In this document: piece by piece, positions 1 to 11,540 of the stretch
How positions within the stretch are numbered: position 1 is the first letter of the stretch
How the letters are laid out: each line of letters starts with the position of its first letter
From: Camelus ferus
Taxonomy: Eukaryota
Reading direction: 5' to 3'
DNA: 64,000 nucleotides
Assembly (NCBI RefSeq): GCF_009834535.1
Contig: NC_045696.1
Coordinates: forward strand, 44,890,001-44,954,000
Translations under genes and position numbers: made by a program
The notes under the pieces: model-generated
Database searches by the model: none
Seen by the model: the letters and a program-made list of their open reading frames with translations, nothing else
What the model was told of the DNA's origin: nothing

Positions 1-480
1 AAATATTCTGAGCTCAAAAGGCCTAATTAGGATTTCAGTAATTCATGTCACTGGTCATTAGGACAATCATACAAATCAGCAAGCACTAAGGTACCCAGGT
101 GCCAAATCGGAACATGAATCTAAAAGATCACAGGTAACATCCTAAAAGATATTAGAAAAGTTTTCTCACTGCTTTCATTAAGCTTTTCCTTGTGTTTTCA
201 CGTTTCAGGCCCAAGTTCTGAAGATTTATAAAGCTGCTCAGCAGGAAGTTTCAGTGGTGGAGAGGGAACTGTGGGTAGCTGTATTTAAATGACAAATGAT
301 TGGGAGGGATGATGCTCTGTTTCCTGTGCCCCCAGATGGCACAGGGCAGTCCTGAGGGACAGATGTACTTACTGGTTTAGTGGGAAAATTACAGTCCTTA
401 AAAACAAGCAAACTTTGAATGGACATCCTAATGAATGGGGGTCTGTGATTTGCTAGCAGTGAGGCCTGGAGCATAACATG

Positions 481-570
481 AAACTCAGTTACTTCATCTG
501 TAAAATGGGAATAATACTAATTGCATCAGAGCCTGCTGTCCTTTAAGAATAAAATGCATATGTTAAAGAG
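481..570 (+). mobile_element. MIR SINE fragment
   Basis: MIR core-like ctcagttacttcatctgtaaaatgggaataata. Confidence 0.7.
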
Positions 571-945
571 AAAATGACTGTGTGCACCATTGAGTGCAAA
601 TTGGAGATTACTACAGGGCAGGGAAACAAGTTTGAAGGAGTGTAGGTTACAAAGAAGCAGGCAGTAAGCAAAGAAATAAGTATGTTTTCTACACATGGAA
701 ACTACAAGCAGATCTTTTCCCACACTGGTAAAGAGAAGTCTCTGCGAACTGCTGACTTCCTGGTGGTATCTGTCTAATAGATCAGCCCTTGGGCAAACGC
801 TGGCCCAGCTGGTTGTGGTTGTTCCCCGAAATGGTTCTCCACACTTACGCAGCGGTTCTCATTCCAGCTGAAGCCAGGTCTGTGCCGCTGTCATCACGCT
901 AGATGGCAAAGTTAAGGTCTGACCTAAGCAAAAGGATCGCAGTAC

Positions 946-1125
946 CTGCTGTATTGGAGGCACTTGATGGATGTACATTCATCTTCCTTTGCCCTTATCC
1001 ATACCCACGATTGATGGAGTGAAGTTTGGGGTGAGGTCCCTTCTTCTGATTCTTTGTTTCCTTTGTATCTTAGGCTATTGCAACAGCGACCTAGTTGCAG
1101 TAGACTACGTTGCAGGAAAAAAGAA
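946..1125 (-). other. Candidate first or alternative exon of an unidentified minus-strand transcript
   Basis: On the minus strand: TATA-like TATTTAAA (1155-1148), ATG in an A(-3) context (ggaagATGa, 982-980) reading MNVHPSSASNTA into donor CAG|GTACTG at 946/945. A second, stronger donor TGC|GTAAGT lies at 849/848. Surroundings are repeat-poor. No homology recognised. Confidence 0.3.
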
Positions 1126-2899
1126 TTAAATAATTAAAAGAGACGGCTTTAAATATCCTCTGAAGCCAGAGACCTTGAAGCCATCACTAAATAAACTTCC
1201 TACCTCCCTAGACTTTTCCCTCCTCCTTCCCCACGCTCCTTCAAGTCCAGAGAGTCAAAGCTACAGCTGCAAAGGAGGGCTGTGGTGGGAGTTGGGAGAC
1301 AGCAGTCGCGCTGCACGTCTGAGCTCGCCCTTTAGTGAGAGCAAAGTGAAAAATGAAAGCCTCACTCCACGATGAAGCCTAATTAATACCTTGGACTGGA
1401 CACTCTTCCTTGCTCAATTGAGACTGTTTTGTGATTTCAAATAACTATAGAACTGTCTCTTATCTCTCAGTGAACCAAAAAGTCGTGGGTCCTGCCCAAA
1501 TTTCCATCCCAGGAAAGGGAACTCAGAAAGAAGTCTCTTTTCTGCTTGGATGTCTGATTCTTTGGACTGAAAGTCATTGAATGGACAATACAGCAACCAA
1601 AACAATTGCAAATTTTGCCCTGTTATTACTTGTATACTTGGCTTAACATGAGAAAAATGATCTCCTGCACGGTGGAGTCCACACGTGGCAGCAGTTAGGC
1701 TGCTGAAAGAAATTAGGTGATTGATGAGATAAGGACTACATGAGTGGTAATTTCTTTCTCACTGTTCTTCCATGTTCTTTCCTCTTTTGAAAGTCTCACA
1801 CACACCCCAGAGGATGCCACGAATGACTGAATCACCACTGCAAGTAACGAGATGAGCTTTCTACTGCACACAATTACAAATTCAACTTTGTAAACGAATC
1901 CATCTTCTCTTGTATCCTGATAGGCAACTTTGTAAACAGCCTTACAGAAGCCTCGCAATTACTGCCAGCGATAGCAGATTTAAAGGATTGGAGGTCATTG
2001 ATCTAAATTAATGCATGGTCTGATTAGAAAGCCCATTGCAATGCAATTCACCCTTTAAAGGATCTTTTCCCAAATTAAGATAACACTTGGATAGAGTATC
2101 ACTTCCCTGAACTTCCTCTGCATCTCAGGCAGCTAATAATTAATATGCAAGGACAATCATTCTGAGAGCAACATTTAAAGCTACTGACATGTCCCTCCCT
2201 TAGAAGCTAGCAGTTTTAATCCCTTTATTATTAATTTGATTAACGCAAACTACTGTATGTGGCTGTGAAGGAACAGAGGCAAATCAAAGTTAACACACTG
2301 ACTCACTCAAATTTAAATTGCTGAAAGTGATACGCTCTTCAGCCTGTGATCTCAAGCAAAAGAAAAACGTTTGCTACACAGAATAACAGATGTGTCCCCA
2401 TATGAAGAGTCCAAGGAAATATTTCAAATTCAAAATGACTGTGTACATTTTGGGATGATGGTATATACTTTCTGTGAATTTAAGGGAGGAAAAATAAAAT
2501 CCATAACACACATGAATAACAGCAAAGTAACTCCAAAGGCAACTTAGTTAACCAAGAACTCATGTGCTAAAGAGAGGGTCACCTGGGCTGCAAACAGCAC
2601 CGTAGAGAAATACAACCAAGATAAGTTTACAAACCTCACTTATGTTTCATTTTCCATGCTGTTGCCTGTTTTGCATTTCACTGATCATCATTTTAGGCAG
2701 AAATTTTTCTTGTTCATCTTGAAGAATACGTGACATTCTGTAGGAGATATCCCAGGCACACACACACCAGACACATATAATTTTTTCATGTGTTATGCAA
2801 ATAAAGAATTTGAATATCAGAAAAATAATTTCTGAAGGGTCTCAGTTGATAGAAAGGAAAATTTTTTTTTATTTTAACTTTGTCCACTTACTTGTGATA

Positions 2900-3070
2900 G
2901 TCCACTCATCTAAAGTGTCTTTCTTTCTCTCTACAATTATCAAATGCTTCTCTTCTTTAAGATTAAAATCAGGCTGCGTAAGGATATGATCCTTTGTTGA
3001 TCTTCTAGTGACTTCCAAGCACCTCTGCTAATGTCTAGTTCGTGATAGACACGCAATAAACAGGTGCAGG
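2900..3070 (+). mobile_element. L2 LINE 3' end fragment
   Basis: Degenerate L2 terminus (...ccaagcacct...gtctagttcgtgatagacacgcaataaacagg). Confidence 0.5.
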
Positions 3071-4039
3071 AAGGAAGGCAGGGAAGTCAGGGAGGAGGTA
3101 GGCAGAGAGGGAGAGAGACCTAACCCACAGGAAGTAACTGAAGAGACTTAAACCCAGGCAGTCTACTAGCTAGCTACTCTAATTCTGTCTCTGCACAATG
3201 TTTAAGCAAATCTATTTTTTTAAACTACAATATTTAGCAATCTTAAAGCCTGCATTTTTCCTTCTCACATGTCAACAGCTCTGCAATCAAAGTACAAGTT
3301 GCGCCCGTTGACGTCTTATTTTGCCTGCAGCAATCATGACATAGTTGTCATTTTATAAGAAAATATGACCATTTCCAGCACCAAAGCTTGCAAAATTAAG
3401 TATCAGTATGTTGGAGGAAAATCAGAAACACTTTTAACCCGTAGGATGCAAACAATTGCAGGAGGAGGTGGGAAGGATATGAAAAAGAACAGTTAAGTTC
3501 CAAGCGGAACTCAAAGGTAGACCATCTCAATCATTGCAAAACTGATGTAAGAGCCCAAGGCCAGTGAACTTTAATTTTGTTTTAGCTCTTGATGGCTCAA
3601 AGGAAGACATGTGGAAGAACACAGACCTTGCTGACTGAATCGGAAAGCAATATGGAAAATTCATACCCTGAATGGCAAGAACTTTTAGGAATTCTTAGCC
3701 AACACAGTTTGCTGATATTGTTGATTTTATGTATGGTAACAGTGATAGATGATTCCAAATAAATGTCTAAATAACACCATAGGAATTCTTTCAATAGGTA
3801 GCAAAGTTCTAAATGATAAAATACTGTGCTTTAATTCTAAATTCTAAATGCTTACAATACTTTAATTGACAGCATTTTTCTTTCTCGGTATAGGAAAAAT
3901 AATTGTGAGTCTTGCATTTGGTGGCATTTTGAGTCAATGAAATGTAGTATACGATGCAGAAGTAAGTCAAGGACAAACCACAGAGTGATTTGCTTTAGCT
4001 AGGGAAGTACAAGCATACTTTGTTCCGTGAATTTGCTGT

Positions 4040-4270
4040 TCTACAGTCCAGAAAGCAATGGCACTGAACCTTTGAAACCTCCTTTGTTTGTAACTGTTAA
4101 GTGTTGGGCATCATTGGGAAGTTATTTAACATTTCCTAAGTCCCCGCTTCTTCATCTGTAAAACAATGAAAGTAATGCCTCTCATAAAAGACTGCTGGGA
4201 GAAATAAATGAGGACAAGAAATCCAGTGCCTGGTCCCTAGAAAGCATTCAAGGGTGATTACCGTTATCTT
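4040..4270 (+). mobile_element. MIR SINE
   Basis: ttgggaagttatttaacatttcctaag...cttcatctgtaaaacaatg MIR core. Confidence 0.7.
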
Positions 4271-4621
4271 TATTTGTTTGTGTCTACAGTCTTCTCAGAC
4301 ACCCAAAGTCTTGCAGAATAGGGCCCAATGCCTGTTACCTCCCACAGGAACTGATACCTCCTCCTTTGTTCCCAGGGGTTTGGGTCCTGCTTTTTAATAC
4401 TTTCCTCTCAGCCCTCCTTCCTCCTGTTAGACTTCAAAATCCTGCTTTCCATTCCCAACCCAACTCATCTGTCGCCCCGTACGCCCAGTAGACAGGCGGT
4501 TAAATGTGGATGCTTGGGTAGATTTCAGGTGCAATTATTTAGGCAAATATCCCTTACAGGTTGTGGTATATCGTTTCCTTTGTATCACACCAGGAGGCAC
4601 ATGTCTGGTAGTCTCACCATT

Positions 4622-5313
4622 TAAAAAAAAATTGTGGTAAACATACATAACATAAAATGTACTGCCGAAACCATTTTTAAGTGAACAGCTCAGCGGTATT
4701 ACATATGTTCACATTGTTATGCAACCATCACCACTACCCATCCCCACAATTCATTTCTTTTCATCTTGTAAAAAGTAAAACTTCATACCTATCAAACAAT
4801 AACTCGCCACTGTCCCTTCCCCCAGACCCTGACAAGCACCATTATACTGTGTGTTTTTATGATTTTGACTCTTCTAAGTACGACATATAAGAGGAATCAT
4901 ATGGTATTTGTCTTTTTGGCACTGGATTATTTCTCTTAGCATAATGTCCTCAAGATTCATTCTTGTAGCATTTTGTAGAATTTTCTTCCTTTAAAGCATG
5001 AATAGTACTCCATTGTATGTATATATGACATTTTGCTTATCCATTCATCCTTTAATGGACACGCAGGTTGCTTCCACATTTTAGCAATTGTGAACAATGC
5101 TGCTATTAACACAGGTGTACAAATATCTCTTCAAGGTCCTGATTTCAGTCCTTTGGGGTGTATACCCAGAAGTGGGATTGCTGGATCATATGGTAATTCT
5201 ATTTTTAATTTTTTGAGGGCCTGCCATACTGTTTTCCACAGTGGTTGTACTGTTTTGCATTCCCACCAAGAATGCACAAGAGTAGCAATTTTCCCACATC
5301 CTCACCAACACTT
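4622..5313 (-). mobile_element. L1 3' end (L1MB-like), 5'-truncated
   Basis: Typical antisense L1 3'UTR and ORF2 end (cccagaagtgggattgctggatcatatggtaattctatttttaattttttgagg). ORF 5033-5347 is the familiar antisense L1 peptide. Confidence 0.9.
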
Positions 5314-5389
5314 GTCAAGTGGTATGCCCATTTTTAATGATGATTAGATTTGGGGTTCAAGGTGTTTCTCATGAAGTTCCCTATTAAAA

Positions 5390-5476
5390 CTTTTTTTAAA
5401 TGGAGGTATTGGGGATTGAACCCAGGACCTCATGCATGTTAAACATGTGCTCTACCACTGAGCCATTACCTACCCC
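5390..5476 (-). mobile_element. tRNA-derived SINE (camelid vic-1-like)
   Basis: Minus strand reads gctcagtggtagagcacatg...gaggtcctgggttcaatccccaatacctccatttaaaaaaa, with A and B boxes and an A tail. Confidence 0.85.
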
Positions 5477-6256
5477 ACACCACCCTCCCACACCCCCACC
5501 TCCTGCCTGACCCCGCCCCGCCATTAACATTTAACAAATGGCTGAACAGCCACTTATGATCTTTCCCCAATTCCACTGATAATCTAGGGGTTGCAAATGA
5601 TGATTTTTCTAATGATATCATTCTTTTATATCACTTTTCTAATTATATCCTATTTTTCTAATTATATCATTATAATTATACCATTGTTAATTTAGGGGTT
5701 GCAAATGATGATTTACTAATTATTATTCTTTTAGCATGTATTGGAAGAGAGTCTTCTATGAAGAACATTCACACATTAATTACTTGATTACTCTAACTTA
5801 AAGTCTGTACTGGAAAGGAAGGATAGATGTCTAGTTCTTCCTGCATCAGTATTTAGAGATATGACATTGGTTCTTATGAGCTCCAAATGGTGACTAAGGA
5901 CTGTTTTTTTTCTTAAGAATCTTACCGAACTAATGGATTCTTATATAATTTGTGTATTTCAATCCACGGTCCTTATTATTCTTTTTGATGCTCACATGGT
6001 CCTGTTTTACGCCAATGGGAGAGAGACCTTTCCATTCGGTTTCTGTTTTCTTTTGATATGAAGCCATTGGTCCAGATAAACTCATTATTTCCTGTTAAAA
6101 TAAGGTGTCTCAGGTTTATTGTACCATTTTCTGCCCCAGGTCTGGCTATAATTAGTTATTTCATCAAGAGTCCTAGAATATTTTAGTGCAAAATCACATT
6201 TACGAACCACACAAGTTCTTACTGCTACTAGGCCTTTTCTGTGGGCGGAGTCAGGA

Positions 6257-6259
<3 letters not shown>

Positions 6260-6316
<57 letters not shown>
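6260..6316. repeat. (GT)~28 microsatellite
   Basis: Perfect dinucleotide run. Confidence 0.98.
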
Positions 6317-6320
<4 letters not shown>

Positions 6321-6719
6321 AAGAGAAAAAGTGTTTCCAATTCAAATTTAAGATTGTGGGTTTACATTTAACTTGTTTTACTTTATGTATCTTTTCTGTT
6401 TTCTCAGGCTGAAAATCTTCCTTAACTACATTAATGTATTTACCTAGTTTCATCATAAACACACCTATTGTAGTTTTAAAATAACAATATATTCACTACT
6501 AAAGTAGTCACTGGAAATTTTTTTTCAACTTGAAGTAACTTTTGTCTCTGTGGTTAGGTAATCAACAGCTGAGTTCATTTGTTTTTAATGGAAAAATTTA
6601 AGCAGTTTTTGGTCATTCTGATATGTAAGATGCGTATTTTAACTTAATGTTAGTGTGAATTCTCTAGTTTTGAGCAACATTAAATAACTTGTATTTCGTT
6701 TTATGTAAACAACCACGGA

Positions 6720-7150
6720 ACATTTTTTTTCCTCTTGAGACGCCTGAGCCTTTATGAGCGGAGCAGACCACATGAGGGGGAGAAGTGGGTGGGCCCGACG
6801 CCGAGCCCACGTGCTTCACGGGCTTGTGGGGGGCGGAGAACTCGCCCAGGCAGGGGCCCTCAGGCTTGATCTGCCCTGGCTCAAGGTCTTGCTTTTGTAG
6901 ACGCCCACCACGCTCCCCACCATCTCAGGCAGGACGATCATGACCCGCAGGTGCGTCTTGACCGCGCCCGGCTTCTCGGTGGGCGGGTGGGCGGTGCTTC
7001 CGCCGAGGCCTCGCGCAGCCGCCCCAGCGGGAGCGGCTTTCCGCGCAGGTCAGTCCCGCGGTCCCAGCCCCGTGACGCGTCAGATGCTGGCGGGACGCGG
7101 CCAGCAGCCGGTCGAGGTCCTGCACCAAGGTAGGTGACCTTGCGGAACGT
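6720..7150. promoter_or_regulatory. CpG-rich island (putative promoter or enhancer)
   Basis: Abrupt GC- and CpG-rich block in AT-rich DNA. CACGTG at 6808-6813, TGACGCGTCA palindrome at 7073-7082, plus-strand donor-like AAG|GTAGGT at 7129/7130. Confidence 0.65.
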
Positions 7151-7227
7151 CTGCTGCTTCTGCTCATTCGATTCTTGTGTGGTTGACTTTTTCTTAATTT
7201 TAGATACTCATTAAATTTTAGGGATAT

Positions 7228-7684
7228 TGTATTAGTCAAGAGTTTCTGGAGAAACAAACAATAGGAGAGAGACGGAGAGACTGACTTAAAATTTTTAAGG
7301 AATTGTTTCACATGATTGTGGGAGTTTGCAAGTCCAGAATCTAGAGCAGCCTGGCAGGCTGGAAATTCAAGGCAGGGTTAATGTTGCAGTCTTCAGTTTA
7401 AAATCTGCAGTCTGGAAATCTGCTGGCTGGAAATTTAGGCAAGATTTTTATGCTGAAGTCTTGAGGCAGAATTGCTTATTTGAGAAACCTGTCTTTGCTT
7501 TTAACGCCTTCAGCTGATTCGATGAGGCCACTCACAGTATGGAGAGTAATCTGCTTCCTCGGTCTACTGATCTCAGTGTTCATCACATCTACAAAATACC
7601 TTCACAGCAACATCCAGACTGGTGTTTGACAAACAGCTGGACACCATAGCCTGGACAAGTTGACACATAAAATTAATCATCATA
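7228..7684 (-). mobile_element. MLT2 (ERVL) solo LTR
   Basis: Termini tgtattagtc...aagttgacacataaaattaatcatcata, with near-TSD gatat/aatat. Confidence 0.85.
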
Positions 7685-8099
7685 AATATTAAAGATGTTT
7701 TCCCCAGGTGGTCAACAATTTTGACACTATCTGAGCTCATATCTTGCATGTAAGCATTCAAATATTTGTTGAGTTAAATTGACATCTCTTTACAGATACT
7801 AGACATTTTTATAGAACCCAAGATGACCACTGAGAATTAGTAAACTTAATTGGAGTCTTCTGTGCACTTCAGTTGGAATATTAATTTCTTTATGTGAAGG
7901 TTATTAATAAATGCATTAAATTTTTAGTCTAGGACTGATGTTAAGTGAAAACATTTTACAGATTCACAGAAATATGTAAATTGGGTTTCTTTAAGAAATA
8001 CCTGTCACAAAATATTTCCACAAGAGGAAACATCCTTTTGATTCTCAAATCTGCAGATTTGTGGTTCTTCTATGGTAAATGAAAACATTTGAAACTCTG

Positions 8100-8585
8100 A
8101 GAAAGAATTCCCATAAGATACTACATTTATGTGAATTTTGTCTCCCCAGAACCACAGTCAAACCCCCTTTTCTCCTGGGAAATGTTTTTTTTCTCTCCTA
8201 CTCTATGTCTTGCAAGTGGTCTCCACTTAGTGTCTTAAATACCCTGCCTCCTGACCACACTGATGTTGTAATCAGGACAGGGTGATCAGTGTCCTTTCCT
8301 GGGACTTCGTAGCTTGGGAGGGGAGAACTAGTTCCTGTCTAGTATGGGTGATGTAATCATGTAAATCCATTACCTGTGATGTGTTTCGAAGAAGCTGGTC
8401 AGCTGTATGAAGGTGGATAATGCCCATCTAAGGAAGAAACAGAGCCACCAGGTGGAACAAGCACCTTGGCTGTATTCTAAGCCCTGGTTCCACCTGTTCT
8501 CAAGCTACCCTGTACTTACTGATTGAATAAGCTAGTGTCAGTTCAGTTTTTTGTCACTGGCACCCACAGAGTCCTAACACACATA
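8100..8585 (+). mobile_element. Old LTR (MLT1K/LTR16/LTR33-like) remnant
   Basis: 3' terminus like tttttgtcactggcacccacagagtcctaacacaca; highly diverged. Confidence 0.4.
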
Positions 8586-8779
8586 GGTGCCCAGAAGTTT
8601 TGCAGATTGTTACGGGGGGTTCATGGGCTACCTGAAGAAGCCCATCTTTGAACCATTATCCATGGTCCTCAAGGATCAACCTCTGTTCAAAGCTATCCTT
8701 CAGTTCTGTGAGCATTAGTCTCTATATGCTATTTACCCAGGAAGATTCTCAATTATCATAAACTCTTCCACCTGGTGGC

Positions 8780-8960
8780 TTTCCTGCACTTAATCACATT
8801 AAATTCTTATAACCACAATTCAGTCAAATAAACATCGTCATCCTTATTTTATACCTAAAGACACTGAAGCAGAAGAGGTTAAATAATATTTTTAAAGTGA
8901 TATAGCTAAACTGAACCTAGTATTTTTTGTCTCAAATCTGGAGTTCTTTCTCCTGCATTA
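8780..8960 (-). mobile_element. MIR SINE
   Basis: Antisense MIR core (catccttattttatacc...actgaagcagaagaggttaaataa). Confidence 0.6.
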
Positions 8961-9379
8961 CAGCTACTTTCAAGCATTATTGACAGTGTCAGTTGTTTTT
9001 AATCATCGTTTTAAGTTACAACTTTGAAATGTGCCTTTTAAATAATTGAATTGAAACAGGGAAGTAAGCGCTACTGGCAAAATAAAAATGTTAATAACGG
9101 ACAGACATATAAAATGCAATTGTAGGAGAAAATTCTAGGTTGCTCATTTACGACGTATCACCTCACCCCAGTTTTTAAATAACTAAGCTGTGATGAATAG
9201 CAGTAGCCTCTAAAGCATGCCGAAATCAGAAAGTCCTTAGGAAAAAGAGCCGCAGTAATAAAAGTGTCATTATAAAGAATTAGAAATGTTTGTTGCACAT
9301 CCACCTTCTGTGGTTTATAGAAAACGACTGGCACGTAACCCACTTGGATTAATCTTCCCACTTGGGTTTGGTTTCTTAC

Positions 9380-10320
9380 GAGAATCTAGTTATCCCGAGG
9401 AGAGCGAAACTCGCGGAGGAAAACTGAGAACGAAGCCCACGACTGGGTGGGAGGGCTTGCGTTTTTTCCCTAAAGGCAAGCACGTGAATCCGCCCTTGCC
9501 TAGCAAGTTTGCGATTCAGAAATAATTGAGGCAGCGGGCGGGGCGGGGCGGGGCGGGGTGTGGGGGAGGAACGGACCCGCCGCAGAGATAAACGAGCCCC
9601 CGCCTGCCCGGCTTTTGCCCGCCCCCCGCACTGCCTTCCCCAGCCCTGCTCTGGGCAAACTAAGAGATTGCCCTTTTGATCAGGCGGTATCCGCAAATGA
9701 CAGATCAGAAAACGTAAGGACTAAGGGAAAAATAAAGACAACAGGAGGACCGGCTTGGCTGTGGCTTTATTGTAACTGCCGCCCTAGATTTTGTCCTCTC
9801 TGCGAACCTTCACTTCGTTTACAAAAGGCTTCTGTGCTCCTTTGTGAGTGGAATACACACTCTCACTGTTCTCAGCGGAGTGTTCAGGTGTTTCGGCAGC
9901 TCTGTGACTTACAAGGCCCCGCGGGCGCCCTGGATCTGGTTAACTCCCCGTTCCCTTTACTCCAGGAGTGAATGTTTTCTGATGGAATACTTGCCAGCTC
10001 GCAATGAGCTCCTCTTGAGCAGGGTGCGTTACGGTGTGACATCCTTCCCGCTCCCCTTGGCTCCCCTGCTTCTCCCAGGCTTCTAAGCAGTTGGCGGACA
10101 GAGCAGCCAGGCAGGAGGGCGGTCTTCTCTTTCGTTTGTCATCCCTCACTGAGCCTAATCAGGTGCTTTGAGCGCAGTGGGCGCGCAGGAGATATGCTTG
10201 TCTGTCAGGCTGCCTGTGGTCTCACGGAAGGTGGGACCATCCTGTCACTCTGCTCCTTCTTGCAAAGGCTCCGTCCTTCGCATCCCCACCACCAGGCACG
10301 GAAGCTCCGGAATTATACAG
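9380..10320. promoter_or_regulatory. CpG-enriched promoter-like region with tandem GC boxes
   Basis: E-box CACGTG at 9481-9486, a (GGGGC)n Sp/KLF array at 9536-9558, further ccgccc boxes at 9598-9628, and many CpGs. Confidence 0.7.
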
Positions 10321-10449
10321 TTGGAGGCGTTTCTACAGCTGCTTGCTCATAACTTGCTTCTCTAAAGTTGTGACAGGGCTGTTGAAATGGGAAAGAGGTT
10401 AAGTGTAAGAGTGGGTCAAGAAGACTGTGTGAAAAAGGAAAGAGCCCAT

Positions 10450-10720
10450 TAAAAAGTTGAGCATCAAGTATGTGCTAGGCACTTTCCTTTCATGCACTCA
10501 CTTAAGCATCAACAATTCTTAGGTATTATTTTTTTCAATGGAGAACCCAGGACCTTGTGCAAGCATCAGCAATTCTTTCTCAGAATGCAGTATTATCTCC
10601 ATTCCACAACTGAGAGAAGTGAGGCTTCACTGACATAGGTCCCATACAGAGAGACAGTTCGACTATATTATAATGTAAAACCCATGCCCTTGCCTCCAAG
10701 ATCACCCTGCCCCTTTGCAG
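10450..10720 (-). mobile_element. MIR SINE interrupted by a 40-bp SINE fragment
   Basis: ttgagcatcaagtatgtgctaggcact...tattatctccattccacaactgagagaagtgaggct. Confidence 0.65.
10521..10560 (-). mobile_element. Severely truncated camelid SINE with 17-bp TSD
   Basis: TSD aagcatca(a/g)caattctt at 10504-10520 and 10561-10577. Insert reads gcacaaggtcctgggttctccattgaaaaaaa on the minus strand. Confidence 0.75.
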
Positions 10721-11329
10721 AAGGGCGAGTACAGGACTCACCTTAGTATCCACCTGACATCTCACAGCCAGCTTCTGCCTGGCAGGAAAGGATTGTGGAA
10801 GGAGATAAAAAGTCATACAGTAGCTTAAATCCAGAGAATGGCCAGACATTTCCTGGGAGAAAGCTTGCAAAACAAATTTAGAAATATAATTGGCTTCAGA
10901 GATAAACATAAAAACTGGGGCATTTTAGGTGTGCGGTTCTAATGAACGGGCTTTTCAGTGCTTTGTAAGCATGCAAAGTTGCTGGAAATGGGGTAGTTAA
11001 GGATGTGATCACTCTTGTATCCATCCAGGACCAAATTCTAAATAGGTTGGCTGCCTTGGTTCACACACTATATTTGGGTCTCTCATTTCTCCAGAGGAAT
11101 GGTCAGCTGACTATGGGCAATAAAGCATCACTATCTGCTAACAGCATGTTCCAGGGAACACTTGTGTGGCAGTCAACAGCAGCTGCTGCGCACAACGAGA
11201 TAACAGGTTTCCATCAATCACTCAGTAGGAAGGAATGTCAGGTCTACAACCCACTTATTCCAGTGCTGCATCCTATTGTCTAGAATGGAGACTCTCACAG
11301 GAAAGAGTTAGGAGGAAATGGCAGAAGAC

Positions 11330-11540
11330 GTTGACATTTATCAATCAGCTCCTACTTCCGCGTTACTTTAAACTGATTTCTTACAACCATCCCGAGGTAA
11401 ATGTTACTGCTCCATTTTACAGAGGAAGAAGTGGGGATTCAGGGAGGTTGGGTGATAAGCCCAACTCTCTCGGTTGTCAGTAAGTGGTTTCAAACTCAGG
11501 CTGATGTGATGCCAAGATCAGCTCTTTGCATTATGTCTCA
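11330..11540 (-). mobile_element. MIR SINE
   Basis: ccattttacagaggaagaagtggggattcagggaggttgggtga antisense core. Confidence 0.7.

Larger units (their letters stand above)
5320..6560 (-). mobile_element. Old L1 (L1MC/L1ME-like) 3' region, probably continuing from 4490-4620
   Basis: Motifs ggggttgcaaatgatgatttttctaat, tttttgatgctca and tttctgccccagg typical of old L1 3' UTRs. Confidence 0.55.

Noticed and set aside
5390..5476. tRNA gene-like A and B boxes (also at 54124-54278 and 57580-57706)
   Set aside because: They have SINE bodies and A tails and no complete cloverleaf, so they are SINE heads rather than tRNA genes.
6186..6371. ORF with a CVCVCV repeat
   Set aside because: It is simply the translation of the (GT)n microsatellite.
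6925..7311. Overlapping ORFs across the first CpG island
   Set aside because: Arg/Ala/Pro-rich shadows of GC-rich DNA. The longest begins inside an MLT2 LTR.
9376..9971. 106-aa and 137-aa ORFs at the second CpG-rich region
   Set aside because: Non-ATG starts, low complexity and no recognisable domain.
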